Of a DNA stretch of 64,000 nucleotides, positions 27,700 to 40,282 are shown one piece after another. Within the stretch, counting starts at the first letter, position 1; every line of letters begins with the position of its first letter. A program made the translations under genes and the position numbers. Origin of the DNA: Nymphaea colorata (Eukaryota); the NCBI RefSeq assembly GCF_008831285.2, contig NC_045138.2:2356001-2420000 (forward strand), given 5' to 3'. Under the pieces are notes generated by a model that searched no databases, was not told the origin of the DNA, and saw only the letters and a program-made list of their open reading frames with translations.

Positions 27700-30600
27700 A
27701 TGGCTGGATACCGCAGCTTTCTTCGTCTTCTCGTCCCGTTTTTTCTCTTCTCTTTGACTCTTGCCGCCGCCGGGAACCCAGAGATTTTGGCTCTGCTCCA
27801 ATTCAAGCAACAGCTGGTGGACCCGACCCGTTCCATGTCCAGTTGGATCGACGGCCCTTCCGGATCCCCCTGCAATTTCACCGGAATTTCATGCGACCGG
27901 ATTTCCGGCCGCGTCATCGGAATCTCGCTTGAGAACAGGTCTCTCTCCGGAAGTCTCTCTCCTTCAATCTTCCGGCTTCCGAGCCTCACCGTCCTGAATT
28001 TGGGGTCCAACTCGATCTCTGGCCGGGTCCCGGCACATGCCGCCAACTGCTCGTCTCTCCAAACTCTCAACCTGTCCAACAATGCCCTCGAGGGGACGTT
28101 GCCGGACTTGTCTTCCCTCAGAGACCTTCGTTTTCTTCATCTCGAGGGCAACTCTTTCTCCGGCGAGTTCCCCGCGTGGGTCGGGAATTTGATTAGCTTG
28201 ACATCTCTGAGTTTAGGAAAGAACCGCTTCAGTGCTGGACCCATCCCGGAGAGCTTGAAGTCACTAGGTAATCTTTCGGATCTCTACTTGGCCTGGTGCA
28301 ATTTCACCGGCGATTTGCCGAGATTTATCTACCAGCTGAAGAATCTGGAGTCCCTCGATCTCTCCAACAATGCTCTCAGTGGACAAATATCAAGCGACGT
28401 CTCCAACTTGCGGAAACTGTATAAGATCGAGCTCTACATGAATCATATCAATGGGCGACTACCACCGGAGCTGGGAAACCTCACTCTTCTCAAGGAATTT
28501 GATGTCTCCAACAACATGCTCACGGGAGAACTACCTGAAGCAATGGGCCAACTTTCAAATATCACCGTCTTTCAGGTACATAACAATTACTTAACTGGCG
28601 GGATCCCAGTCCGCTTCGGCCAATTCCGTCATCTGGTCGGGTTCTCTGTTTACCGGAACGGATTTTCCGGTGAGTTTCCTCCAGATCTTGGGCGATATTC
28701 ACCATTAACTAGCATTGACATCTCGGAGAATGATTTCACTGGCAAATTTCCGAGATACCTCTGCCAGAATTCCAAGTTGCAGTTCCTACCGGCCCTTAAA
28801 AATAAGTTCACTGGCACACTACCGGAGGAGTATGCTTACTGCAAATCTTTGACGAGGTTCAGGGTTAGTGACAATTTGCTGAGTGGAAGAATTCCTGATG
28901 GACTATGGGGCTTACCTTCTGCCGTCATTATCGATCTATCTCGGAACAATTTTGTGGGGGAAATGAGTCCAGAGATAGGACTGTCAGTCTGTTTGACAGA
29001 GCTTCTAATTGACCAGAATGGATTTTCTGGTAGATTGCCACCTGAGATCGGCCAGCTGCTGCAACTACAAAAACTCATCGCCAATAACAACGGCTTTAGT
29101 GGTGCAGTGCCATCTCAGATTGGGGGCCTTCAGAACTTGACTTCACTGCATTTGCAGCAGAATTCTTTGACTGGACCAATACCCCCTCAACTCTCGAAGT
29201 GTAGCAAGCTTTCCGTCCTCAACTTAGCAAATAACTCCTTAACAGGACAAATTCCACTTAGCTTCTCAGAGTTGGTGTCTCTGAACTCACTGAATTTATC
29301 TAGAAACATGCTCTCCGGGTTTATTCCTGATAGCTTACAGTCGCTAAAACTGAGCTCATTTGATTTCTCGTATAACTATTTATGTGGGAAAATTCCTTCC
29401 ACGCTTCTCTTGACCGCACTTACAGGCGAGGCCTTTGCCAACAATCCTTGTCTCTGCGTTGATAGTCAAGGTCAAAACGAGTACCATCTGCACGTTTGTA
29501 GCCCAAGCTTTTACCACAAGCACCTTGCTGAAAAAAAATTGCTTGTTGTCTGGGTTGTGGGAGTTATATTTCTACTTGTCTCTGTAGCGTTGTTAATATT
29601 GCGCTATAAGAAATTTTACCTCATGTCCCTGGCAGAATCAGAGTTTGATGGTGACAAACTGGCCAATGAGCTTATGTGGGAGATGAAATGTTTTCGGCAG
29701 ACCAACTTCATTGCTAAAGAGGTCTGCAATCTGCAGGAGAAGAATTTGATCGGCAGTGGTGCAAGTGGCAAAGTTTACCGCCTGGATTTGAAGAACAGGG
29801 GAAGCGTTGCAGTAAAGCAGTTCTGGAGAAGCCCCGTGTCGGCGGAAGCTTCAGAAACAGAACTAGAGGTGCTGGGGAGAATCAGACACAAGAACATTAT
29901 TCAGCTTTATGCTTGCGTTTATGGAGGGGGACTGAACCTGCTTGTTTTTGAGTTCATGGAGAACGGCAATCTACGGGATGCACTAAGCCATGAAAGAAAG
30001 AAGGGAAGGCAGGGACTAGATTGGCGCCTGCGATACAAAGTGGCTACTGGAGTAGCTCGAGCAATTGCATACTTGCACAACGATTGTGTGCCTGCCATTA
30101 TTCACGGGGACATCAAATCGACCAACATTTTGTTGGATGGCACTTATGAACCTAAGATTGCAGATTTCGGCACCGCCACAACCATTGGAAGTTTAGCCGA
30201 GGAGAATGATTCCAAAGGTTCAGATTTTGTCGGCACACACGGTTACATGGCTCCTGGTATTGTTCCTTCACATTCTTTCCTGCAACTAACTGAAAACGCG
30301 ATCTAAAGGATGCGACCCTCTGTCTTAGGTCCATCCAGGCTGCCAATTATAAACAATAAAATTGCCTGTGTTTGATGACAGCCCTGCATCTCCCTGCTAG
30401 TGCTTAGCACTGCATGAATAATAATGCAGCGGGCGTGATAACTGATCTGCTAGAAACAGATGATTCTTTGGGTGGTGCAAACCAACGGTCTTATTCATTG
30501 TCTGTACAACCGGCACCAAACGTTTGCTGCCGCTTATGCCCATAATTAGAACAACCTTTACTAAATCATTCATAAATTTTGTTTTGATGTTGCCAACTGA

Positions 30601-30956
30601 ATATTTAGCGAGGAACTCACGATTTTATTTGTTTCGTTGATTATCCAGAATTAGCTTATACCACGAAAGCGACAGAGAAGATTGACATCTACAGCTTTGG
30701 AGTCGTCTTGCTGGAGCTGGTAACTGGCCGGCATCCAGTTGAGCCAGAATTTGGAGAAGGTAATGACATCGTCTACTGGGTTTCTTCTCACATTGCTTGT
30801 AGAGAAGAAGTTTTGAAGGTTCTGGACCCGAGGATTTCCGCATCTGCGGAACACAGCATGATGAAGATGCTCGGGATAGCTCTGCTATGCACCACCACGC
30901 TTCCCTCTCTGCGTCCAACCATCAAGGAAGTGATGAAAATGCTCCTTCACCCTTAA
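27700..30956 (+). CDS. CEPR2: CEPR2-like LRR-XI receptor-like kinase, 954 aa; exons 27700-30256 and 30649-30956; catalytic loop HGD (non-RD)
   Basis: ATG at 27700 ([19 protein letters not shown], signal peptide). CNFTGISC cap, LRRs, [14 protein letters not shown] segment, RxR (TRFRV), TM helix, then kinase [30 protein letters not shown]. Intron G|gtat 30257...ccag 30648. Exon 2 reads [18 protein letters not shown]...[17 protein letters not shown] at 30954-30956. Confidence 0.82.
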
Positions 30957-32109
30957 TCTTTTGGTTACCGAGTCGAAGCATTCTGGTAATGGCACCTATC
31001 ACAGTCTTTTCCGTAAGAATTAACCTTAGCAGCATATTTAGGTTATCTCCAGATTGTCTTCCTGATATTGTTCAGTGAATACTGTTTGCAGCCCATCTCT
31101 TTTGCTTGCTAATCCATAAATCGTATCTGTTGTATATATCTCTTTTTATGGAGGAAATTAGTACGCTTTAACGTATATAGAGAATTACCTTTCCTTTTGT
31201 ATGGCGATCTTGATTTGAAATTTCTGTTTCCACCATCATGGGATGTTTGATCCCTCAAACAGAATATCACTATAGGAATCTTTTACCCACATCGGTATTT
31301 TATATTCACGCATCCTTGTCCAGGACTAGAAATCCCATGAGTAGTATGTTGGCAAAGCAAACACCATGATGACGGCCTGTCTGGAGGTCCCAACTATAGA
31401 AACTGAAGTCAGCTAAGGCGAGCATGGAACGAAAGAGTGGCCTAAAGAAAAACAGCTAAAACGTTTGGGTTTTTTAAATTATGAATGTCTAATGCGTATG
31501 AGATTCGAGTAAATGGAGACATATTACTCGAAATAGACCAGTCCAAATAAAAAATAGAATCTGATTTTGTATGTTTTTTTAAACCCTGAACTGATCAAGG
31601 GAGGTCCCTGTGTATCTGCTATTTGCCGAAAAATGCCTGAGATATTTTCGTTTAGGAAAGCGACTGGGGCATGATACTCGACGCATATAGTCAGTTCCCA
31701 ATTAAAAGGTATCAAAGACTACCCAGATAAAGTCATACTAGGTATTAGCTCATTGGATGAGAAATCAAGTTAGGATTTGGATGAGGGGAAGCCTTTTTTT
31801 TATGTTTATTTAGGAAAAACTGCTTTCGGGTCATATTTTTATGTTTCCCAGGTTCTAACCCGGGTGTTCTAACCTATAGGAATAACACACTAAAGCATAG
31901 CAACCATAAGATTTGAACGTCCCCCATGATTGTGAGCCGCCTTGCCACCTGGTTGTGGTATGCCCCTTGTGGTAGATGAAGGAAAGCTTTAACAAAATGC
32001 AAATTTGCCTTTACATTCAGATGAAGTTATTTGCTAGTTTCACATCGATACCTTAAAACCCTTCATTATGGACAGCTTGTACATTAAAAAAAAAAAAGAA
32101 ATAAAAAAA

Positions 32110-32345
32110 CGTAAGACTTCATCATCAAAACCGTACTGCTGGAGGAATACCCTTATTTGCAGAAGAAGAGGGAGAGGGACACCATGATATCTCTCAATTT
32201 TATGCCTACCGATGTACATGTATGTCCAATGCCATTGGGCCTCCAATTTTTCTTGGGCATTTTCTTTTAGATACCTTTTGTCAGGCCCAGCAAAGAACGT
32301 AGATATTAAACCATAAGCATCTTGGACATATTTCTCAATGTCCAT
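32110..32345 (-). mobile_element. Possible degraded LINE ORF2 fragment
   Basis: Translation DIEKYV...STFFAG...MPKKN/GG.NGIG loosely resembles the post-RT LINE motif IEK..R.FLW.G...C.PK..GGLGI. A frameshift is needed. Confidence 0.3.
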
Positions 32346-33860
32346 TTAATGGAAAGCATGATCTATGTCAACTTGCTTTATTAAAGGAAACAGTGCCAAC
32401 ACGTTTTCCATATAATGAAATGCTTTGATCCACAAGTTTTAGTAACCCCGCGTGGAGCCACCTGATAAACTTGACTTTTTATCCAACCGAAGTATAAATG
32501 TGTTTCTCTTGTATTGTCATTTATAATGTGTTTCCAATTGCGTTTTTATTGAACGACAATCAAATTAGTTTAGCAAAAAGAAAAGATCAGCTTTTCACCA
32601 TGCTTTTCTTCAGTGATAACCATTTGTTTTTACGACCTTTTTGCATGCTTCCAATGTCCGGACAGGAAAAGAAAAGCAATTAAATAGACAGGCATATTTT
32701 ATGTTAAAGCAAACAAACTTGTTTTACTTAAGTTTCAAAAAAAATAGCTAAACGTGTGCTATTGTTTTGCGATCCCATAGAAAATTGGGAGCCACTGTTT
32801 TCAACCCATAGGTTAGAGGTTAAGAATTCAGAACTTGAATTGGCCAAACAAAAAACCTTCAAAGGTCGTTTGATGGATTGAAAATATTGAATTGGTAAAA
32901 AGTTTGAGTAAATATGTCAAAATATTGAAGAAATGGAAACAAAATTCAGATTTCCAAAACCTCTTTCTATTTGTTGTACTTGAGTTCGTACTTGAGTTTA
33001 CATTGCAAGAAATAAATCTCTTAGTTTGATAAAAATGAAAGAAGAAAAAACAAAATAGTTGAATTAAGCCATGGCTTGAGAATCCAACAGTAACTTTTTT
33101 CATCCTGAATTTTTTTTTTTTTTTTACCCCTTGAGATGGAAAGAAATTTCCGAAAAAAAACTTTCTGAAAACCAACCCAACATTCACTTTTTTTATCCCA
33201 AGTTTGATGGGCAAAAAAAATTTTCAAAAATTTTAATTTTATTTAAAAGACTACAGGAAATATCCTGCCCATCAAACGTGCACTCAAGGTCGATTTACTT
33301 GCTAGCTATGTTGGAAAGTACTTGAACCATGATCTTTCAGGAGACAAGAAAGTGCCCAAACATTTCAGAGGCAGGGACGGGAGTTGCAAGTTCGCAACAG
33401 AAGCGCCGTAGCATCCACAAAAGCTTCAGAATGGATCTAAACATGACTTTGATAACGAAACATTGCATATTCGTGGAGAAGGAAAATGGATACCGTATTT
33501 CGAATGACAAAAACAAAACAAAAAGGCCAAACTCATAAAGGTAGAAAATTGCTTGCTGTGATTATTAATATGAAGGCACAGCAAGACTGCAAATAAGATT
33601 GAAAGCGGGAAATGGATGAGCACCAACAACCCAATAGGAAGGGGAGACAGAGGGAGAGGCAAAGAAAATAATTTGAGAAGGATATGGCGCAGAGATCAAG
33701 CTTAAAATTTGTGTATGACCATACCTAATAAGCACTCTTCTTGAAACGAAAGAAACAGAGAAGCCAACAAGATGATCAAGCCCATTTCACAGAAACTTCA
33801 CATGCACCTATCGCCCACGAATGCAGCTTTGGTCTATTCTCTACCAGCTTCCTTGTTGGC

Positions 33861-36800
33861 TCAACTATTCCCAGAAGGATGGGCTCTTGCACCATCAGGG
33901 CCGCCCGATAGTGACAAATTCTTAGCATGTGCAACTAACGAATGATGGTTAGCATTTTCAAGAGGATTAGTTTTCTCTCCATCTTCTCCAACCAGCTGCG
34001 GATCAGTTGACACAATTACCTCCCTTTAGCAACAGTAATCTCCACAGAAATACATGCAGAAAAAGTGGCTAAGTTTGAGAAAAAATTATTCAAGCATCAT
34101 CTCATGAGGCATAGGGCACCACACACTTTTTTATGCCAAAGGAATAGCATGAAAGTGGTGTAAATCATAGCATAAAAGTAGAGCAGAGAGCCCACCTGTG
34201 ATGTGATCCTGTTCTTCATAAGTAATTTCTCTCTCCGTTCATAATAACCAAAGTCATCGAGGATGGAATCCTTGGCAGCATAATCTTTGAAAATCTTAAG
34301 CATTTCCAACCCCTGAAGAAGTTCAATCTGAAAGAGAGCCATAGAAGGGGAATAAAACGAAAAGGTCACATTCACGAAATAAAGACTGAACACAGTTCAG
34401 CTTCTGCATTCAATGAAAGTGTTTAGTAAAAACACTTAGTACCTCCTGTGTGTCCCTGCTATTTGTCACCTGCTTGTTTTCATTGTTTTTCAAAAGGATG
34501 TGTCGGAACTGGGAGTTGGGTATGTCTTTTATTATATGCCATTTCACGGGGAAAAACCCATTCCACTTCCCCTGTTGCCAGAAATCCATGTTTTTCTTGA
34601 AATCTACAATTCCAATCATCTCTGCCAGGCCACAAAATTGTCCACTAGCATTTACCTGGAGAACGTGACGAAAGAACAACCAGGCATTGTTAATGTGAAT
34701 TTCTCCTTCAGTATACAAGACAATAACCTCAAAGGCAGTGTCAAAGGCTTCTCTCTAGCATGTTCTCATGAAACAATTGTTTCACACCCGAAAATACACA
34801 AGCCTGTCTAATGTCTCTATCATGCCAGACATTCCACATTGAATACCAATAGTCAATAGAAGCCAATCCTGAATTTCCTAGAAGGGAAGACAAAAAATAA
34901 CTTAGAAATTTTATGAACTATAACAGTCACAGTTGTGTTTGGCACACAGGACACTAAAAAAATGCCCTTAGGTGATAATAGATCCCGACCTGGGTAATTT
35001 TACATGACTAAACATTTTAATTTCATCTTCCAAAGATGAATCATTCATTTTGTATTTCCACTAAACTAAAAGCACTGCCCATTGCACCAACTAAAACAGA
35101 TACTAGCTCCACATACATCAATTGCAGATCAACTGAAAGCATGCTTGAACAAGATCACTTCACATTTAAGTGAGAGAGAACACATAATTTTCTCATTATT
35201 ATTCCAGAATAATGAACATAATACCCATGCAATCCCATTTCGTAATGTTTGATTTAATAAATAACCTCCAAGAAGCATGAAAATGAAACAAAATTCCCAT
35301 CACTGCAGTGAATACTAAAAGTTGAATTACCAGAATGTAATCTACCATAGCAAAATCCGGAGAATGATACAAGTAACAGAAAAGTTGAGAATCATACCGA
35401 GAAGAAGAGAAACACAGGACACCTAGAGCCCTTCTCACACGATTTCTTTTCAGCATCATGAAATGCAGCATCAAGTTTCTCATTTCCACTTGGGGTACTT
35501 GCCCATACATTATATTTTATGCTTTTGTGCACATCATCCTCATTAAAAGATTTTATGACAAAAAATAGTGCATGGTCATATTTGGTCTCGAATTCCAACA
35601 AATTATATTGGTCTCTGCGCATGGCAGGATTCAACTTATCTGAGATTTCATCTGCAAAGGGAGAACCCTTGATTTTATTAGCACGGGGTCCACGACTCTG
35701 TTCTGCCATTTTCTCAAAGGACCCATTTAGGTTAAACTTGCCACTCGTCCTAAGGGTATCATTGCTGTGCCAACCCCGACTGTTGGGAATAAAAGTTTTG
35801 GCACCACTCTCAGCCAGCAAGCCACCTTTTCCTTGACTTGGATAGGGCACGAAGTTTCCATGTGGCAACCGATTCCTTGGGATAAGGGCACCTTGAAAAT
35901 CAGATCTTGGGATTGGCACCTATGAGAAAGATAACAACAAAGATTCAGACTCTAACAGGACAAAACTACCACTGTTTTGATGAGCTTGAGAACAACAATT
36001 TCAAAAACTAGAAAAATGCTTCTATCAAAAACAATAGGCATCTGAAAGCTAAAATAGAGTGCACTATTTACATAAAAAAATTATTATTACGTGAACCTAA
36101 CAGTAAATAAGTTCAGGTTCATGAAAATTTAGAAGGGACTATATTCTTTGTGAACATTACTAAAAGGAAGATGTTGAAAAAAGGCATATACTATCATATG
36201 ATGAGATGGCAAATTGGCAATCAAAGCAGTATCAAAATAGTGGATAATATACTAATACCTTTCACATCAGTCTTGACTGTATCAAACTGCACAGAAGAAG
36301 ATTACACACTCAAACCTCTCGCACATATGCTATCCCACATATGTCATAATGTCAAGCCTCTTTTCCAGATAAACTATTGCACTTCAAGATCAAAACAACT
36401 GAAAAGTTTATGGCCTTTGGACAAACCTAATCAATACGCATGAGTAAAAGATCAAGTCATTCCTATCTGAACCACCATTTGTTTTCAGTCTAAACCTCAA
36501 ACTAGAATAACAGGAGCATGAATCTGTTTCATTTAGCAGGTATCTACTTATTTTGAAACCACTTTGCTTTTCTTTTTGTTATTTAGTCACAACTTACAGA
36601 GGAAGCCCATAATTCACGTGTCATGCACAAAATTTTTTCGACTGACAATAACATGAAAATCAATTTTCTCCTTTTCCTATATTACTATCTTTATTAAGTA
36701 ATCAAGCACATCAACTTCAAGGACACTTATAAAATAAGAAAAGGAGACGGAGAGGAAAAGACAGTCAAGCATAAGAAAATATAAGACACCAACAGAATCG

Positions 36801-38481
36801 GCATAGAAGATATGCACAATGGAAATAATAAACAGCAAATAACAACGCAGAAAATTCTGCAATAAACATTACTTGACATGGAAAAACTGAAGACACTGAT
36901 TCATATAGTACCTTGCTAGAGGGTTTCAGGGGCCCACTTAGGATGGCAGGTGCAGGAACTTTAGCAGATGAAGATGATATACATGAAGAATCATGCGATG
37001 AGGGTATTGTGGAATCATTTGCATTAGGAATGATGCTTGGGTTTTTTCTATTTGAGACCTCTGAATGTTCAGATGCCTTGCCACTTAGATTTATTTTTGG
37101 ATTGCCAAATCCAACAGATGTAGTCAAACCATCATCAACAAGAGGCACAGAATCCCGAGAGAAATTCTGCACACCATCTGTTCCATGACGGGTGGCAGGC
37201 GAGGAGAAAGGTTGTGAATACATTGCAGTCAAACAAAAGGGTGGCTGTGCAAAATATTGTCCACCTGGGGGCATCAACATCCCTGGGGCATATGTATCAT
37301 ATCCTGGAACATAGTAAACCACTGAACTTCTTGGATTGCCCTGAGAAGAAGTTCAAGGAAAGCAGTCAGAATATCAATACACACATCACATGCAACCAAA
37401 ACATGGAAAACAACAAGCAGGTTACAAAACTCTGCACTGTGTAGGGAAACTCAAATAATGTAAACTAATTCCATGAGACTAGCACAAACTCAGACGCATA
37501 CATGCATACAAGTGCATGTGGACACGCAAGAGCTCCAACACTCAAACATGTAGAATCTGTAGATTCAATCAATAATGACAAATTAAGCAGGCCTACCACA
37601 TATAAACTAGCATCCTCCCCCAAATGGATAAAGAGAACTCACCAAATAAGATAGGTCATGACCAGCCCCATTCGTACGATAGCCCATATTTTTCCATTCC
37701 CCAAAAGTGCCATCATAACCTGCCAACCAAAATCTGGTAACCAAACATGTTAAAGCATTGGATAACCAAAATCATCATAGTCATGCCAATAACTTACCGG
37801 GGTAATAATATTCATAGCAATTCGTTGTAGGAGAATATTTTTCTTGCTCCGCAGGCAACTCTTGAACTAAACCACTTTCTTTGGAATTGAAATTTGAAAC
37901 TTCCACTTGCGCTGGCGACGTATGAGAATGATTGTGCTTTTTCCCATGAGCCTGCAAAAGGGACAAAAGAGTCCAACCAAAGTCAGTTTTTTTTCTCAGG
38001 TACAAATACGCAACTTAAAGAAAAAAAAGGAGAGGGAGAGAGAGAGAGAAAGTTAGGCATACCATGTCTACTTCAGATGGTTTAGCTGGAGACTTTGCCT
38101 TGGAATCTTTTCTTGTTTGGTAAGCAGTTGGAAACATGAGCCAACCATCAAAACAAGATTAAAATTTTGAACTAAAGATTCATTTGCTACTACTAATTGC
38201 AAGTGAGTGCAGCTAATATGAAGTTATGAACTTATACAGATTCAGGCATCCAACTAACGAGAGATGGATCCACATCAAATCAGAATGCAGGAACTCCTGT
38301 TATCCTAATGGAAGAGTGCAAATAGCTCTTCAGAGTTCAGCAACACTAAAACAAGATATTTCTAAAACAAATAATATCTTGAGATGTTTACAAGAACAGA
38401 AGCACACAAGCTACTATTACCGGAAAGCGAACAATGAACAGGAAAAGGGATACCTTTCTCTGTTTCTATATCACCCGCCAT
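33861..38481 (-). CDS. YTH-domain m6A reader (YTHDF/ECT family), about 577 aa; exons 38481-38454, ~38106-38063, 37951-37798, 37719-37643, 37340-36912, 35919-35398, 34655-34443, 34327-34196, 33995-33861
   Basis: YTH motifs FFVIKSFNEDDVHKSIKYNVWAST, PVFLFFS|VNASGQFCG, MDFWQQGKWNGFFPVKWHIIKD and VTNSRDTQE. Y/P/Q-rich N-terminal region (YYYPG, VYYVPGY). All exon phases close with GT-AG sites. The acceptor of coding exon 2 is weak, so the N-terminus is less certain. The 5' UTR probably extends to the CT-rich region near 40620. Confidence 0.9.
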
Positions 38482-40225
38482 AAAACAACACGGAGATCTG
38501 GAATGATGAGAGACAAGGGCGTAGTAAAATCACTGTTCTCCAGCTGTTAACTAACAAGCACATATCTAAATCAGACAAAAAAACAAAAACGGTTTTCTAT
38601 TATTCACTAAATCAGTAGCCAGAAAACACTTGACCGAAAGGCGTATCAAGTGGTACAATCAACTAGCAGACATCAAGATTCAAACAACAATGGAAGATAA
38701 TGGACAATTTCAGCAAGATTTTGCACCAGAGCACGGCAGGACGACTGGATGGAGGGCCCTTGTGTCATGAATAATTCTTGAATCTCAACGCCAGGTGAAA
38801 AAAATTATATAGGGCAAGAACAGAAATAACCATTTGCAAGACTTGGGAAAACACATCGAATTCTACCACAAGGACCACCGGAAAGCCAAGTACCCAAAAG
38901 GTCATATAGTTGCCGACGTTGCCTAACATTTACCACGTAGCTAACAAAACTATCACAACGCCGTGAAGGTCCCAAAATAAATACAAAGAAACATGCACGT
39001 GAAGAACGATTTTGCCACTCAAATTTCAAAGATATGAAAAATTAATCAAAGATGAAAACAGCAAAAGTGGAAAAGGGCAAAAGCGCACATGGCAAGTTAA
39101 ATACGAGACGGATTCATGCTGACAAATAAGTCGGCAAACAAATATAAAGACGTACGATCTTAGAGATACAGTAAATTAAGGAATACAAAAGCAACCAACC
39201 TTTGACGCCGAACGGGAAAAGGATCTAAAAGTTCATCTTTTTCTTTTTCACCAAGAGCCATACAAGATATTGTAAACTTAACAATGAAGGCAGAAACGGA
39301 ACCAACTCCTATCAGACCAAGTAAAAGAAAACCCTCAATTGAAAAAAGCAGGCGGCTAGACGAAGTAAAATACCACTGCAATCAGGCCCTTTTCCCAACC
39401 AGAGCCAAAAGAAATAAATACAAGGGCATCTTAAATATAAAAACAAAAATGACATATGTGTGTGTACCTCTATGTAACTCATAGTTTAAATCTTAGATAT
39501 GCCTACGAAATTCACGAGTTACTCCAAACGCACATATACATGTAGAATGATCTCCGTTTCTCGAGGAAGGTCGCTCAGCGTTCCAGCACGAAGCTTTCTC
39601 AGTTCGAAGAGAAAAACTAGAACCCCAGAAACCACAATCACGGAAGAACCGAAAGGACAGGGTTTAACGAAAACGTTATTATTATGATTATCAGGATATG
39701 TGCGTAAACTAGAAGAGAAGCCACTTTCCCTCTAGGATTTAGAAGAAATGAGCATCTTTGTTAACAAAAATCTTCGCTTGTTTGGAGATGATCTGGGGGC
39801 GAAAAAAAAAAATTTGCAAAGACAGAGTCGTATCACATATCTGCGTGTTTCTCAAGCGACATCCAGGAACCAATGAGAAAAAGAAAAGCAAGAGTTTTTC
39901 TTTACAGAAAAGGCGCTTTTTCATGAAAGGTGAAAGAGAGTTTAAATAACAAAAGCCGCGCAGAATACCGCAAGGAAACAACAGCCCTCTGCGAGAGCGT
40001 CCACGAACCTCACGTTCAGACTTTCAGTAGATAGTAGATACTCTTATCAAATAAAGACTTCTTTATATATAAGAAAAAAAAGGAACAAAATCGCATTGCA
40101 AAAGCACTCCATCTGCCTCAGGCTGCCGGAAAACCGGCTTCTACCACCGAATACTTCATATATGTTTTCTTCGGATTAAAAAAAACTTCCGCTGATTACG
40201 CGTAAGTGGGCGCATGCAAGAGAAA

Positions 40226-40282
40226 AAGAGAGAGAGAGAGAGAGAAAGAGAAAGAGAAAAAAAAAAAAAAAAAAAAAAAAAA
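40226..40282. repeat. (GA)n plus poly(A) tract in the presumed 5' region of the YTH gene
   Basis: Direct read. Similar GA/CT tracts lie near the likely 5' ends of the CEPR2-like, KH and UPF3 genes. Confidence 0.85.

Noticed and set aside
27806..27841. CLE-like string [12 protein letters not shown] in the alternative frame of the CEPR2-like exon
   Set aside because: It lacks Arg1, Pro4 and the terminal His/Asn of a CLE dodecapeptide, has no signal peptide, and is explained by the main-frame codons [10 protein letters not shown].
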